From assembly GCF_004010195.1 (NCBI RefSeq), contig NC_057718.1, forward strand, positions 72,482,165 to 72,528,164: a stretch of 46,000 nt of DNA, written 5' to 3'. This document shows, piece after piece, positions 11,401 through 22,859 of the stretch. Both the position numbers and the translations under genes were made by a program. Source of the DNA: Chiloscyllium plagiosum. Taxonomy: Eukaryota. Under the pieces are notes generated by a model. The model made no database searches. It was not told the DNA's origin and worked only from the letters and a program-made list of their open reading frames with translations. Within the stretch, counting starts at the first letter, position 1; each line of letters begins with the position of its first letter.

Positions 11401-12582
11401 TTATCTCACTTTGAGTCATGAGGTAATCCACAGTGAACACATCTGATGCACATGTTTGTGGCTTATGCAATTGCAGGTCCAAGTTGAGAATCAGGTGTCT
11501 AAGCTGCAGACACTGCATTGCATCAGGCAAATGGAAAGTTATCTGGACACTTCACTCGAGGAGACAGACATACCCCTTAGATTAAGCAATTCAAACATGA
11601 GCTCTGATTGAAGACAGGAGAGCATGATTTTGGGAATGAGTACTCAAGGGGCAGTCCTTGAGGAGTTTCAGTCCCTGCAATCGTCCAACAGTTACAAGGT
11701 TCTTGCAAGCGAGGTGGTTGAGAGTAGGGCCTGCAGAAATTATAAGCGAACTGACCACAGCTCTGTGATGGAGGGAGCCATGCAAGTGGGGGTAGGAAAT
11801 AGAAACACTGAAGTTTAAGTGGACAGATATCGTTCTCTGCATTCATAACCATGAGTCATGAAGGCTTTGTTGCCCGGCAGGTTCCAGGATTAAGGGCATC
11901 TCCTCAGCCTGGACAGAAACTTGAAGAAGAGAGAACCTGTTGTCATCCATATTAGTACTAAGAACATTGATAAGATAGAAATTAAGTTCTGTTAAAAGAT
12001 TTTGAACATTAGGGACTACACAAAAAAGCCAAACCTCCAAAGGAACAATCTCAGTTTACTACCTGAGCCATGGTCAAACTGGCTCAGTGTAAATAAGGCA
12101 AGGAGTTCAGTGAAAAATTTAAAGATTGGTGTGGGTGGATGTGTTTCAGTTTGTGGAGCACTGGCATTTGTATCAGGGTAGAAGGGAGCTTTTCTGGTGG
12201 GATGGGCTTTATTTACTGGACCAGTATCCTGGCATTTGGATAACTTGGGCAGATAAATGTGTGGTTAAGGAGATGGTAGTTCTTGGATCATTGGGACCTC
12301 TTCTGGGGCAGGGGTGACCCGTACAGAAGAGACAGGTTGCACCAAAACTGGAGGGAAACCAATATCTTTACAGGGAGTTGGGTTAGTACTAAGTGGGACT
12401 GTTTAAATTAGAGTTGCGGGGGTTTGGAACCAGGGCAGCAGGTCAGCAAGTGGAGGGATTGAGGGGAAGGTAGATAATATGACCAGCATGTCTGAAAGGA
12501 GAGGCAGGCTAATGAATACAATGGGTTGATGGGCTGATGTGTGTTTATTTCAATGTAAGGAGTATTATGAGTAAGGCAGATG

Positions 12583-13021
12583 AGTCATAGAGTCATAGAG
12601 ATGTACAGCATGGAAACAGAACCTTCGGTCCAACCTGTCCATGCCGACCAGATATCCAAACCCAATCTAGTCCCACCTGCCAGCACCCTCCAAACCCTTC
12701 CTATTCATATACAAATGCCTCTTAAATGTTGCAATTGTACCAGCCTCCACCACTTTCTCTGGCAACTCATTCCATACACCTACCACCCTCTGTATGAAAA
12801 CGTTGCCCCTTAGGTCTCTTTTATATCTTTCCCCTCTCACCCTAAACCGATACCCTATAGTTCTGGACTCCCCAACCCCAGGGAAAAGACTTTGTCTATT
12901 TATCCTATCCATGCCCCTCAAAATTTTGTAAACCTCTATAAGGTCACCCCTCAGCCTTTGACCTTCCAGGGAAAACAGCCCCAGCCTGTTCAGCCTCTCC
13001 CTATAGCTCAAATCCTCCAAA
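12583..13021 (-). mobile_element. Young CR1 3' end inserted into the older CR1
   Basis: LSYRERLNRLGLFSLEGQRLRGDLIEVYKILRG in ORF 12667..13089; tandem tail (gagtcata)2. Confidence 0.9.
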
Positions 13022-13033
13022 CCTAGCTTAGAG

Positions 13034-13184
13034 AAAGTGAGGACTGCAGATGCTGGAGTACCAGAGTTGAAAAATGTTGTTTCAGGCATAAGCTGAAGGA
13101 GGGCTTATGCCCGAAACGTCGATTCTCCTGCTCCTCGGATGCTGCCCTGGCCTGCTGTGTTTTTCCAGCATGACATTTTTCAAC
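13034..13184 (+). mobile_element. About 150-bp PLE-derived mini-insertion: inverted 5' part plus hammerhead motif (13093-13120)
   Basis: TSD CCTAGCTTAGAG at 13022-13033 and 13185-13196; CUGAAGGA-GGGC-uuau-GCCC-GAAA-CGUC (variant core). Confidence 0.8.
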
Positions 13185-14065
13185 CCTAGCTTAGAGCCTG
13201 GATCTGTACATGGGACATCATGTCTTGGCCATTACTGAGACCTGGTTGTTAGAGGTACTGTATTAGCTGCTCGACGTTTCAGGGTTTTAGTGGTTTAGAC
13301 AAGATAGAGGGGGATATGAAAGAGGTGGAGGAATTGCATTACTAATGAGGGAGAATGTCATACCTGCATTCAGAGAGAACATACTGGAAGGTTCATCCAC
13401 TGTAACAATATGGATAGAGCTCAAAAATAAGCAAAGTTCAATCACTCTGCTTGGATTATACTATAGGCCACCTCATCAGCCACCAAAACATTGAGGATAG
13501 ATATGTGGGCAGATTATGGAAAGATTTCCAAAAAAATGGTTGTTATAGTGCGCAATTTTAACTTCCTCAACATTCACTAGGACTTCCTTACAACAAAAGG
13601 CTGAGGGCAGAATTTGTTAGATACATCCAAGAGGATTTCTTGAAACAGTATGTGGACAGTTCAACTAAAGGAAGGGCCAAACTGGACTTAGTATTGGCAA
13701 ATGAGCCTGACCAGATGACTGACCTTACAGTGGGAAAGCATTTTGGAAACAGTGATCACAACTCCTTAAGTTTTAAAATATCTATGAATAAGGATAAGTC
13801 CGGAACTTGTGGGAAGATACTTAATTGGGGAAGGGCAAATTATTATAGTAGTAGACAGGTGCTAGGGAGAGTTAACTGGGAGCAGTTGCTATTGAATTAG
13901 TCCACATTTGACATGTGGGAGTTATTCAAAGACCTACTGATTAGAGTTCAGGCTGGCATGCTTCAGTAAGGGGGAAGGACAAGGATGGCAAGATATGAGA
14001 CCCTTGGATGATGATAATGTTGTGAATGTAGTCAAAAAGTAAAAGCAAGTGTAAGGTTTAGGTAG

Positions 14066-14407
14066 CTGAAAATGTGTTGCTGGAAAAGCGCAGCAGGTCA
14101 GGCAGCATCCAAGGAGCAGGAGAATCGACGTTTTGGGCAAGAGTCCTTCTTCAGGAAGGATTTCACCAGTTTCCTCATTTCCCCTCCCCCCCAACCATAC
14201 CCCAGTTTCAACCTCCCAGCTCAACACCATCCTCATGACCTGCCCTACCTGCCAATCATCCTCTTCTCCGACCTATCACCTTTACCCCTTCCTCCATCCA
14301 CCTATTGCACTTAGCTACTTTCTTGCTGGCCTCAGCCCCCTCCCATTTATCTCTCCACCCCTGAGGCTCCCTGCCTCATTCCTGATGACGGACATTTGCC
14401 CGAAATG
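14066..14407. mobile_element. PLE fragment: inverted terminal repeat (minus) joined to a plus-strand 3' region
   Basis: Family A terminal repeat 14066-14155 (minus), then 14158-14407 (plus) ending in ctgatgacggacatttgcccgaaatg. Confidence 0.8.
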
Positions 14408-14854
14408 GACAGGGTCCATGAGGAATAGAAAGAAAACAGGAAATAACTCTAGCAGGAAATTAGGAGAGCATGGAAGAAGGGTGGAAGAAAATCCCGTGGC
14501 ATTTTATACAAACATTAAAAGCGAGAGGTTAAATAGGGAGAGGGTAGGACCAGTCAAGGTTAAATGAGAGAACTTATGCTTGGAGGCACAGTATATGGAC
14601 GAGACCCTAAATGAGTACATCAATGTTCACCAAGCACAGATTAGTGTGCATGGGCATTTTGAGGTCAAGAAAGAAGTGGCATTGGATTTCTTGAAGAGTC
14701 TTAAGCTGGATACATCCCCTGTCCCAGATGGGACATAACCCAGGTTATGGAGAGAAGCAAGAGAGGAGATTGTGGGGGCCTCAATCAAGATCTTGGTATC
14801 TTTTCTATTCACTGGAGAGGTCATGGAGGACTGGCACTCTAATCTTGAGCTAAT

Positions 14855-15420
14855 AGCCAAGATTAGAGTGGCACTGGAAAAGCACAGCAGGTCAGTCAGC
14901 ATCCAAGGAGCAGGAAAATTGACATTTCGGGCAAATGTCCGTCATCAGGAATGAGGCAGGTAGCCTCAGGGGTGGAGAGATAAATGGGAGGGGGCTGAGG
15001 CTAGCGAGAAAGTAGCTAAGTGCAATAGGTGGATGGAGGAAGGGGTAAAGGTGATAGGTCGGAGAGGAGGGAAGGACGATTGGCAGGGAGGACAGGTCAT
15101 GAGGATGGTGTTGAGTTGGGAGGTTGGAACTGGGGTAAGATGGGTGGGGAAGGGGGGGGGGAGGGGAAATGAGGAAACTGGTGAAATCCACATTGATGCC
15201 CTGGGGTTGAAGTGTTCTGAGGCAGAAGATGAGATGTTCTTCCTCCGGGCGTCGGGTGGTGAGGTAGTGGCGGTGGAGAGGGCCCAGGACCTCCTCCACC
15301 CCATGTCCTCGGCAGAGTGGGAGGGGGAATTGAAATGTTTGGCCATGGAGAGGTGGGTTTGATTGGTGTGGGTGTACCGGAGATGTTCCCTAAAGCACTC
15401 TGCGATAGGCGTCTTGCAGT
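14855..15420 (-). mobile_element. PLE 3' fragment with GIY-YIG endonuclease C-terminus
   Basis: AECFREHL...AKHFNSPSH...EEEHLIFCLRTLQPQGINVDF in ORFs 14966..15427 and 14892..15299, then the terminal repeat. Confidence 0.85.
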
Positions 15421-15423
15421 TAC

Positions 15424-15554
15424 GCATTTAAGAGCTATTCATTTTGAATTTTTACCATTTTTCTTCCTTTGACCTTATTTGCTGCTGTTCACTCATGCAA
15501 ATAGGGTCAAAGGAGGAAAAATGGAAAAATTCAAAATGAACACCTCTTAAATGC
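15424..15554. repeat. Inverted repeat/hairpin, about 58-bp arms with a 14-nt loop
   Basis: Arms 15424-15482 and 15497-15554; 2 mismatches, 1 bulge and 2 U.G wobbles on the plus strand. Confidence 0.85.
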
Positions 15555-15569
15555 ATGTAGTATTCTGAG

Positions 15570-16330
15570 AAAAATAAATGAATTAGTGGCACAAATAAAA
15601 ATTAATGGATATGAACTTACAGAGACATGATTACAAGGCGATAAAAGTTTGGGACTAAATATTCAAGGGTATGAGAGTTTTTGAAAGGGCAAGCGGGAAA
15701 GGAAGGGTGATTGGGTAGCTTTATCAGTACAAATTAGAATAATTATGATAGTAAGAAATTATCTTGGGTTGGATGATGTTGAATTCAAATAAGTGATGGT
15801 AAGAAATAACAAGGGCAAGGAAGCACTAGTGGGAGTAGTCAAGGTCCCCCATAAGTCACACTTTTGTAGCACACAGAATAAATCAAGAGGTAATCAGGGC
15901 ATGTTAAAAAAGCTGTACACAAACCATAGGTGATCTTCATGGAGAGTGGGAAAACAAAATTAGCTAAGATAGCCATAAAAAAGAATTCACAGAGTGTATT
16001 CTAGAGAATTGTCTAGAACAAAATGTTAAGGGTGCATCAGGAATCAAGGTATTCTGTACCTGGTGACGTGTGATAAGGCAGGTTTAATTAAGGATCTTAG
16101 AGGTCCCCGGGGAAACAGTGTCCATAACATGATAGAATTTAGCATTCAGCTTGAGAGTGCAAAGTTTTGGTCAGAAACTTAAATAAGGATAATTACATCA
16201 CGGTAAGGGCAGAGTTGGCTGGAGTGGACTGGGAAACAAGCTTACCAGAATAAAATGATTAAGGACCAAGGATTCCAGGAAGGAATAGCAACACATTGAA
16301 AGAAAAAAAACATTAGGATTGGAAAAATGG
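15570..16330 (+). mobile_element. Decayed CR1 endonuclease fragment
   Basis: Diverged homology to the CR1 endonuclease region (attcaagggtat..., ggggaaacagtgtccataacatgatagaattt). Confidence 0.6.
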
Positions 16331-16389
16331 TAAAAACCAACAAAAGATGACCAAAAGAAATGAAGAAAATAAACTGAGGGCAAGTTGGA

Positions 16390-16680
16390 CCGCATCCCAG
16401 GTCCAATTCCCCAACTCGAGACCAATCTCTTGACATGTCCCACCTGTTCATCTTCCTTCTCCTCTATCCGCTCCTAACTATCACTATCACCTCCACCTGC
16501 ACCTACCTATCGCCATCCAAACTACCTTCTCCCATTACCTACCTTCTCCCATTTATCTCTCAGCATCCTCTCATCACCCTGAAATTCTTGATGAAGGGCT
16601 CATGCCGAAACATCAATTCTCCTGCTCCTCAGATGCTGCCTGACCTGCTGAGCTTTTCCAGCGCCACACTTTTCGAATCT
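16390..16680 (+). mobile_element. PLE 3' terminal fragment with a degenerate hammerhead
   Basis: ttgatgaagggctcatgccgaaacatcaattctcctgctcctcagatgctgcc. Confidence 0.7.
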
Positions 16681-17265
16681 AAGGGGTGTGACTGCCTTCT
16701 GAAACACAGCATTAAGGTAAGTCTCCCCCCTGTCTGATGAGTCACTGTATTCTAAGTTCAGATTTCAGCTCATCAAATCTGAGCCGGAGTTTTTCAAGCA
16801 ACCAAGATGTGATTAGCACGAACAGCAGTGGGGTCCACCAACTCCCATATTACGCAGGCATAACACATGGCCTGGCTAGCATCTCTACTTTAACTATTTA
16901 GTTCTTGATTTGACTTTTAAAACTTTCATACTGGTCTTTCAGCTTGTAGCCTCTAAATCTTTCCCCTATTTATCTTTAATCTGAAAGTAACCTAAAATAT
17001 ATGGACAAATTAGTAGCTATCACCGGAAAACAAACTTACAATTTATCGGTGAAGTCACTATTTTATGCTGGCTCCTTGACCCTTGATTTCAATTTAGTCT
17101 GTTGAAAACAAACCTATAAACTCATGAGCCAAAAAAGTCAAGCAAAAAGCACCTCTTTCCCCTCTGCACTGACTGCCTTCAAATTCCCCAAGCTAGGAGT
17201 ATATCTTCTCCTAGCGAGCTTTGAGAAGATATACTCACTCCAGATGAGGTCCCTCCTTCTTGACC

Positions 17266-18101
17266 ATGGATAAAGTAGATGACATTTGTGGAAGCAAGGT
17301 AAATGTCTGTCAGATGTGGAAGGATGCTTTGGGGCCTTGGATGGAGGTGAGGGGAGAAAGGTACTAACATTATTAATGGTCAAAATCTTCTACCTGTTGA
17401 AACACCAGGGTCGCTGTGTCTGGTATAGAAATATTGAATCCCTACAGAGTGGAAAGAGTGAAGCTAGTCTAGCCAGTATTAGTATCTTTTTTGTTTATTC
17501 CTGAATGTGTTTATTCTGTTGTCAATTTTGAATTGAGCTGGAAATGGCTTGTGAATTTTGGGACAGCTTGTAGTAAAAGGCAAAGAACAGATCTTGTTTG
17601 TTAGGTCAGGCCTGGAGGCTAATTGCAGGCTGCTCCTTGATTAAAAAGGTTCTATGGGTTTCACTGTGGCTCAGTGGCAAGCTGCCTCACAATGCCAGGG
17701 ACCCACATTTGATTCCAGCTTTGGATTAAAGTCTGTGTGGAGTTTGCATGTGTCTGTGTGGGTTTCCTCCATGTGTTCAGGTTTCCTCCCACAGTCCAAA
17801 GATTTATAGGTTTGGTGGGTTGACCATGATAAATGTGATGTTATAAGGATAGGGCCTGGGTGGGATGTTATTAGGACGGTTGATGAGGTCATGATGGGCC
17901 AAATAGCCTCTTTCCACTCTGTAGGGATTCAATATTTCTATACCAGACACAGCGACCCTGGTGTTTTCAACAGGTAGAAGATTTTGACCATTAATAATGT
18001 TAGTACCTTTCTCCCCTCACCTCCATCCAAGGCCCCAAAGGATCCTTCCACATCTGACAGAAATTTATCTTGCTTCCACAAATGTCATCTACGTTATCCA
18101 T
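17266..18101. repeat. Inverted duplication, arms about 193 bp (17266-17458 and 17908-18101)
   Basis: Near-identical reverse complements; ORFs 17138..17383(-) and 17984..18349(+) both begin MTINNVSTFLPSPPSKAPK. Confidence 0.9.
17655..17930 (+). mobile_element. tRNA-derived SINE (HE1-like), diverged
   Basis: A-box-like gtggctcagtgg; body tgtgtggagtttgca...gggtttcctcc; tail ctgtagggattc. Confidence 0.75.
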
Positions 18102-18460
18102 TGCATCCGATGTGGTCTCCTCTACATCAGGGAGACAGGACGCCAACTTGCAAATCATTTCAGAGCATATCTTTGGGACACCTGCACCAACCAATCCCAC
18201 CGTCTGTGGCTGAACACTTCAACACTCCCTCCCTCCACCAAGGACATGCAAGTCCTGGGCCTCCTCCTGGGCCAAATCCTAACCACCTGACACTTGGAGG
18301 AGGAACGTCTCATCTTCCGCCTTGGGACCCTGCAACCACATGGAATTAATGTGGATTTCACCAGTTTCCGTCAGTCCCACATTCCCCACCATTTATCTCT
18401 CAGCTCCTGGCCCACAATCCTCATTTCTGATGAAGGGCTTACACCCGAAACATCGATTTT
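18005..18460 (+). mobile_element. PLE (Neptune-like) GIY-YIG fragment plus terminal repeat
   Basis: STNVIYVIHCIRCGLLYIRETGRQLANHF (GIY-YIG motif with CxxC), EEERLIFRLGTLQPHGINVDF, hammerhead-like ctgatgaagggcttacacccgaaacatc at 18427. Confidence 0.85.
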
Positions 18461-18539
18461 CTGGAGTCTGGAAGAGACCCTATGTTCAAGCAGATAGTAT
18501 TTGTTGAATGATAATTGAGGCCTTGGGATAATCGAAGCC

Positions 18540-18760
18540 ATGGCTAATCCACCTAGCCTGCACAACCCTGGAAACTATGGGAAATTCAATATTGCCAATC
18601 CATCTAATCTGCACATCTTTGGACTGTGGGAGGAAACCGATGCACCCAGCAGAAACTCTCGTATACATGGGGCAAACGTGCAAACTCTGTAGTCACCTAA
18701 ACATGGAATTAAACCTGGGTCACTGGCACTGTAAGGCAGTAGCACAGTGTACCACCCAGG
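18540..18760 (-). mobile_element. tRNA-derived SINE fragment (HE1-like)
   Basis: ctgcacatctttggactgtgggaggaaacc is the reverse complement of the SINE body. Confidence 0.7.
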
Positions 18761-18914
18761 ATTGTTCATTCACAAGTCTGGCAGGAACAAATGAAGTGAG
18801 TATTTAGCAGTCTTTGACAGTTTAATTTTACCATATTGCAACTAAAGAGGTGGAAAGGCAGATTTGATTCAGCTGTCTGACTCCGTGTCATAACAAAACT
18901 GAGAAAAACTGTGG

Positions 18915-19730
18915 CAATCCAAACAGACATTGACAGATTGGTGGAGTGGATAGTTGGCAGCTGAGGTTCAATGCAGAGAAATGTGAAGTAATGTACTTTG
19001 GTTGGAAGAACACCAAGAGACAATATAAGGGGTATAATTCTAAAGAGGGTATAGGAGCAGAGGCATCTGAGAGTACCCAAGTCCACAGATCATTGAAAGT
19101 GGCAAGACAGATGGAAGAGCAGTAAAACAAAAATACCATCTTCTCGGTTTTATTAACAGGTTATAAAGTTCAACAGCAAGAATATGATGTTGAACTTGTA
19201 CAATTCATTTGTTGGACCTCAGCTGAAGTACTGCATACAGTTGTAGGCATCACATTCTAGGAAAGGTGCAAAGGTGCATAACACGCAGATGCAATTTACT
19301 AGAATGGTTCCAGTTATGCGAAACCTTAGTTATGCAGAATGATTGAAAAAGTTGGTCCTGTTCTCCTTGGAGAAAAGAAGGCTGAAATGAGATCTGACTG
19401 AGGTTTTCAATAACAGATTAGATAAAGTAGATGGGGCAGGTGTTCCCACTTGTAAAAGAAACAAGAATGAAAGGGCATAGATTTAAAGTGATGTGCAATT
19501 GAAACAAGGGCGATATGAGAAAAAACATTTTCACATACCGAGTTGTTAGGATGGAATGTACTGCCTGGAAATGTGATGGAGGCAGGTTTAACTGAGATAC
19601 TTAAGAGACATTGCATTGTTATTTGGATTGCAATGGTGTGCAGGGATGTGAGGAAAATGCAGGAGATTGGCACTGGGTAATATAGCTGGCGCAGGCACAA
19701 TGGTCTGAATTGTATCCTCCTTCTCCTTCT
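18915..19730 (+). mobile_element. Old CR1 3' fragment
   Basis: ttcaatgcagagaaatgtgaagta (FNAEKCEV) and later CR1 RT C-terminal motifs. Confidence 0.7.
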
Positions 19731-19951
19731 AATAATCCTGAGAGATCAGGCTGTAAATTTTGATGGAATTCAGCAGCAATACTGTCTGTAGTTGACTAGC
19801 TTGCTGTTGGTCACAATCAAGGGTCACATTTGGATGTTGATCATTTGTCTGACCTATTGGAGAGTGCCTGTTGAAACCTACCCAGGAAAGAGGTCAATGT
19901 CTTTAGAAGAATTTGAGTAAGGAGGAAGTAGAGATGATAAAAACAAAATAC

Positions 19952-20081
19952 CTTTGTTCTTTTCCTCAGCAGTTTGGCTAATCGAACAACATAAGGTTTG
20001 AATTCTCGTTGATGTGTCCCCTGCCTGCGAACTTCCAAACCTGAATCATCAGATATTTCTGGAATGAAAGCCCAACGATAC
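19952..20081 (-). CDS. DOP1A: DOP1A penultimate coding exon
   Basis: Acceptor ttctatacgtttAG, donor GTattt; 130 nt; YRWAFIPEISDDSGLEVRRQGTHQREFKPYVVRLAKLLRKRTK. Confidence 0.95.
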
Positions 20082-20281
20082 CTAAACGTATAGAATAAAT
20101 TAAAGCTTGTTGTACTTATATAGTTGCATCACAGACATTTTAACGAAGTGTCCACAAATTCATAGGATGAAAATGTATAAGCAGCAACAACACGAACACC
20201 AACAATAGTTAAGGTACTCACTTTTATCAAAATGCATCACTAATAGCCATATTTGGAAACAGGGCTCTAACTATCATTCTG

Positions 20282-20791
20282 AAAATGTGTTGCTGGAAAA
20301 GCACAGCAGGTCAGGCAGCATCCAAGGAGCAGGAGAATCGACGTTTCAGGCATGAACCCTTCTTCAGGAATCTGCAGTCTTCACTTTCTCCTCGAATATC
20401 TGCAGTCCTCACTTTCTCCTTGAATCTCCTGCTCCTTGGATGCTGCCTGACCTGCTGCGCTATTCCAGCAACACATTTTCAGCTCTGATCGCCAACATCT
20501 GCAGTCCTCACTTTCTCCTCGAAGATTTTAGCCTACTGCGAATCCTCTTGCAAGGATGCCTTCCTTGAAGAAGCTCTCTTCCTCCCTCTACAAGGATTTC
20601 AGTGAGTCCCTTTCTCACTGCACACCCCAGGTCATCTCCTCTGCCCAGAAGCTCTTCAGCCACATTCCTGAAGAAGGGCTCATGCCCGAAACGTTGAGTC
20701 TCCTGCTCCTCGGATGCTGCCTGACCTGCTGCGCTTTTCCAGCAACACATTTTCAGCTCTGATCTCCAGCATCTGCAGTCCTCACTTTCTC
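20282..20791 (+). mobile_element. About 510-bp PLE-derived insertion: inverted terminal repeat, tandem terminal repeats and two opposed hammerhead motifs
   Basis: 17-bp TSD CTCTAACTATCATTCTG at 20265-20281 and 20792-20808; hammerhead minus about 20340-20367 (CUGAAGA-A-GGGU-ucau-GCCU-GAAA-CGUC), plus 20668-20695 (CUGAAGA-A-GGGC-ucau-GCCC-GAAA-CGUU). Confidence 0.85.
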
Positions 20792-21031
20792 CTCTAACTA
20801 TCATTCTGTTTAGATAGAGGAGACTGTTTAGAAAAGCACCAATTAAAATTTGATCCATCTTAAGTAAACATTCAAGAGTTAACTAGAATTTATATCAATC
20901 CACAACACATAGCTGGATTTTTCATGACAAATTGTACAATGCATTTATACTCTGAAGGAAATCCAAAGCCTAAATACACATTAATGTGAAAGATCTTGCA
21001 GATTTTAATAAACCTATTCTTCCACACCTCT

Positions 21032-22680
21032 CAATAGACAATAGGTGTAGGAGTAGACCATTCAGCCCTTCGAGCCAGCACCACCATTCATTATAATCAT
21101 GACTGATCATCCACAATCAGTATCCTGTTCCTGCCTTATCCCCATAACCCTTGATTCTACTATCTTTAAGAGATCCATCTCTTTTTTGGACGTATCCAGA
21201 GACTTGGTCTCCACTACTTTCTGGAGCAGAGCATTCCATATGTCTACCACTCTCTGGGTGAAGAAGTTTCTCCTTAACTCAGTTTAAACATAAGGAGTAG
21301 GCCATTTAGAACAGTGTCCTCTGGTTCTAGACTCACCCATCAGCGGAAACTGCCTCCAGAGTGTCCAATCCTTTAATAATCTTATAATGTCTCAATCAGA
21401 TCCCCTCTCATCCTTCTAAACTTGTGTCTAGAAGCTCCAATCTTTCAACATATGATAGTCTCACCATTCCGGGAATTGACCTTGTGATCCTATGCTGCAC
21501 CCCCTCAATAGCCAGAATGTCCTTCCTCAAATTTGGAGACCAAAACTGCACACAATACTCCAGGTGCAGTTTCACCAGTGCCCTGTACAGCTGCGGAAGG
21601 ACCTCTATGCTCCTATACGCAATTTCTCTTGATTTGAAGGCCAGCATGCCACTAGCTTTCTTCACTGTCTGCTGTACCTGTACGCTTGGTTTCATTCATT
21701 GATGTACAAGAACATCTAGATCTCGTTGTACTTCCCCTTTATCTAACTTTACTCTATTTAGATAGTAATCTGCCTTCCTGTTCTTGCCACCAAAGCTGAT
21801 AACCACACATTTATCCACATAAACTGCATCTGTCATGCATCCGTCCACTCACCTACCCTGCCCAAGTCACCCTGCATTCACATAACATCCTCCTCACATT
21901 TCACCCTGCCATCCAGCTTTGTGTCATCAGCAAATTTGCCAGTATTACTTTTAGTACCTTTATCTATATCATTAATGTATATTCTAAATAGCTGGGTGGA
22001 AGTGTGTTGTACCCCACTGCTCACCGTCTGCCATTCCGAAATGGACCGGTTCACCACAACTCTTTGCTTACTGTCAGCCAGCCAATTTTCAATCCAAGTC
22101 AGCATTTTGCCCTGAGTACCGTGTGCCCTAATTTTGTTCACTAATCTCCTATGTGGGACTTTATCAAAGGCTTTTTGAAAGTCCAGGTACATGACATCCA
22201 CTGGCTCTCCCTTGTCCATCTTCATAGTTACATCCTCAAAAAATTCCAAAAGATTAGTCAAGCACGATTTCCCCTTCATAAATACATGCTGACTCTGACC
22301 TATCCTGTTACTGCTAACCAAATGAGTTGTAATTTCATCTTTTATAATTGACTCCAGCATCTTTCTCACCACTGACTTCAGGCTAACTGGTCTATAATTC
22401 CCTGTTTTCACTCTCCCTCCTTTCTTGAAAAGTGGGACAACATTAGCCACCCTCCAATCTACAAGAACTGATCCTGAATGTATAGAATATTGGAAAATGA
22501 TTACCAATGCATCCACGATTTCTAGAGCCAACTCCTTATGTACCCTGGAAGCAGGCCATCAGGTCCTGGGGGCTTATCAGCCTTCAGACCTAACAGTCTT
22601 TCCAACACCATTTCCTGTCTAAAATAAATTCCCTTCGGTTCATCCATTACCCTAAATCCTTCAGTCACTATTACATCTTT
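21032..22680 (-). mobile_element. CR1 LINE, RT domain to 3' end, fairly young
   Basis: ORF 21878..22531 with NYRPVSL, YLDFQKAFDKVPH and KFADDTK; tail (caataga)n. Confidence 0.92.
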
Positions 22681-22859
22681 CGATGGTGGGCCTTGAATCT
22701 GGGTTCCCCGTTCAGAAGGTGGGTTACACAACCACTGTATCACATGGGCCCCAATAAAGGACTTGCATAATTCATGATAATACTAGCTGTACCCATCCAC
22801 AATTTGGTGAGTGAAGTTACAACAGCTCATCAGTACAGATGCCACAGTGATATTTAAAC

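Larger units (their letters stand above)
11500..14838 (+). mobile_element. Decayed CR1 LINE (ORF1 esterase remnant, endonuclease, start of RT), interrupted by younger insertions
   Basis: Remnants such as AKLDLVLANEPDQMTDLTVGKHFGNSDHNSL (ORF 13640..13900) and gaggtggaggaattgcattact (GGGIALL); colinear across the inserts. Confidence 0.8.

Noticed and set aside
19841..19951. Extension of ORF 19841..20038 past RKRTK
   Set aside because: Read-through into the intron beyond a good donor; the spliced product matches DOP1A
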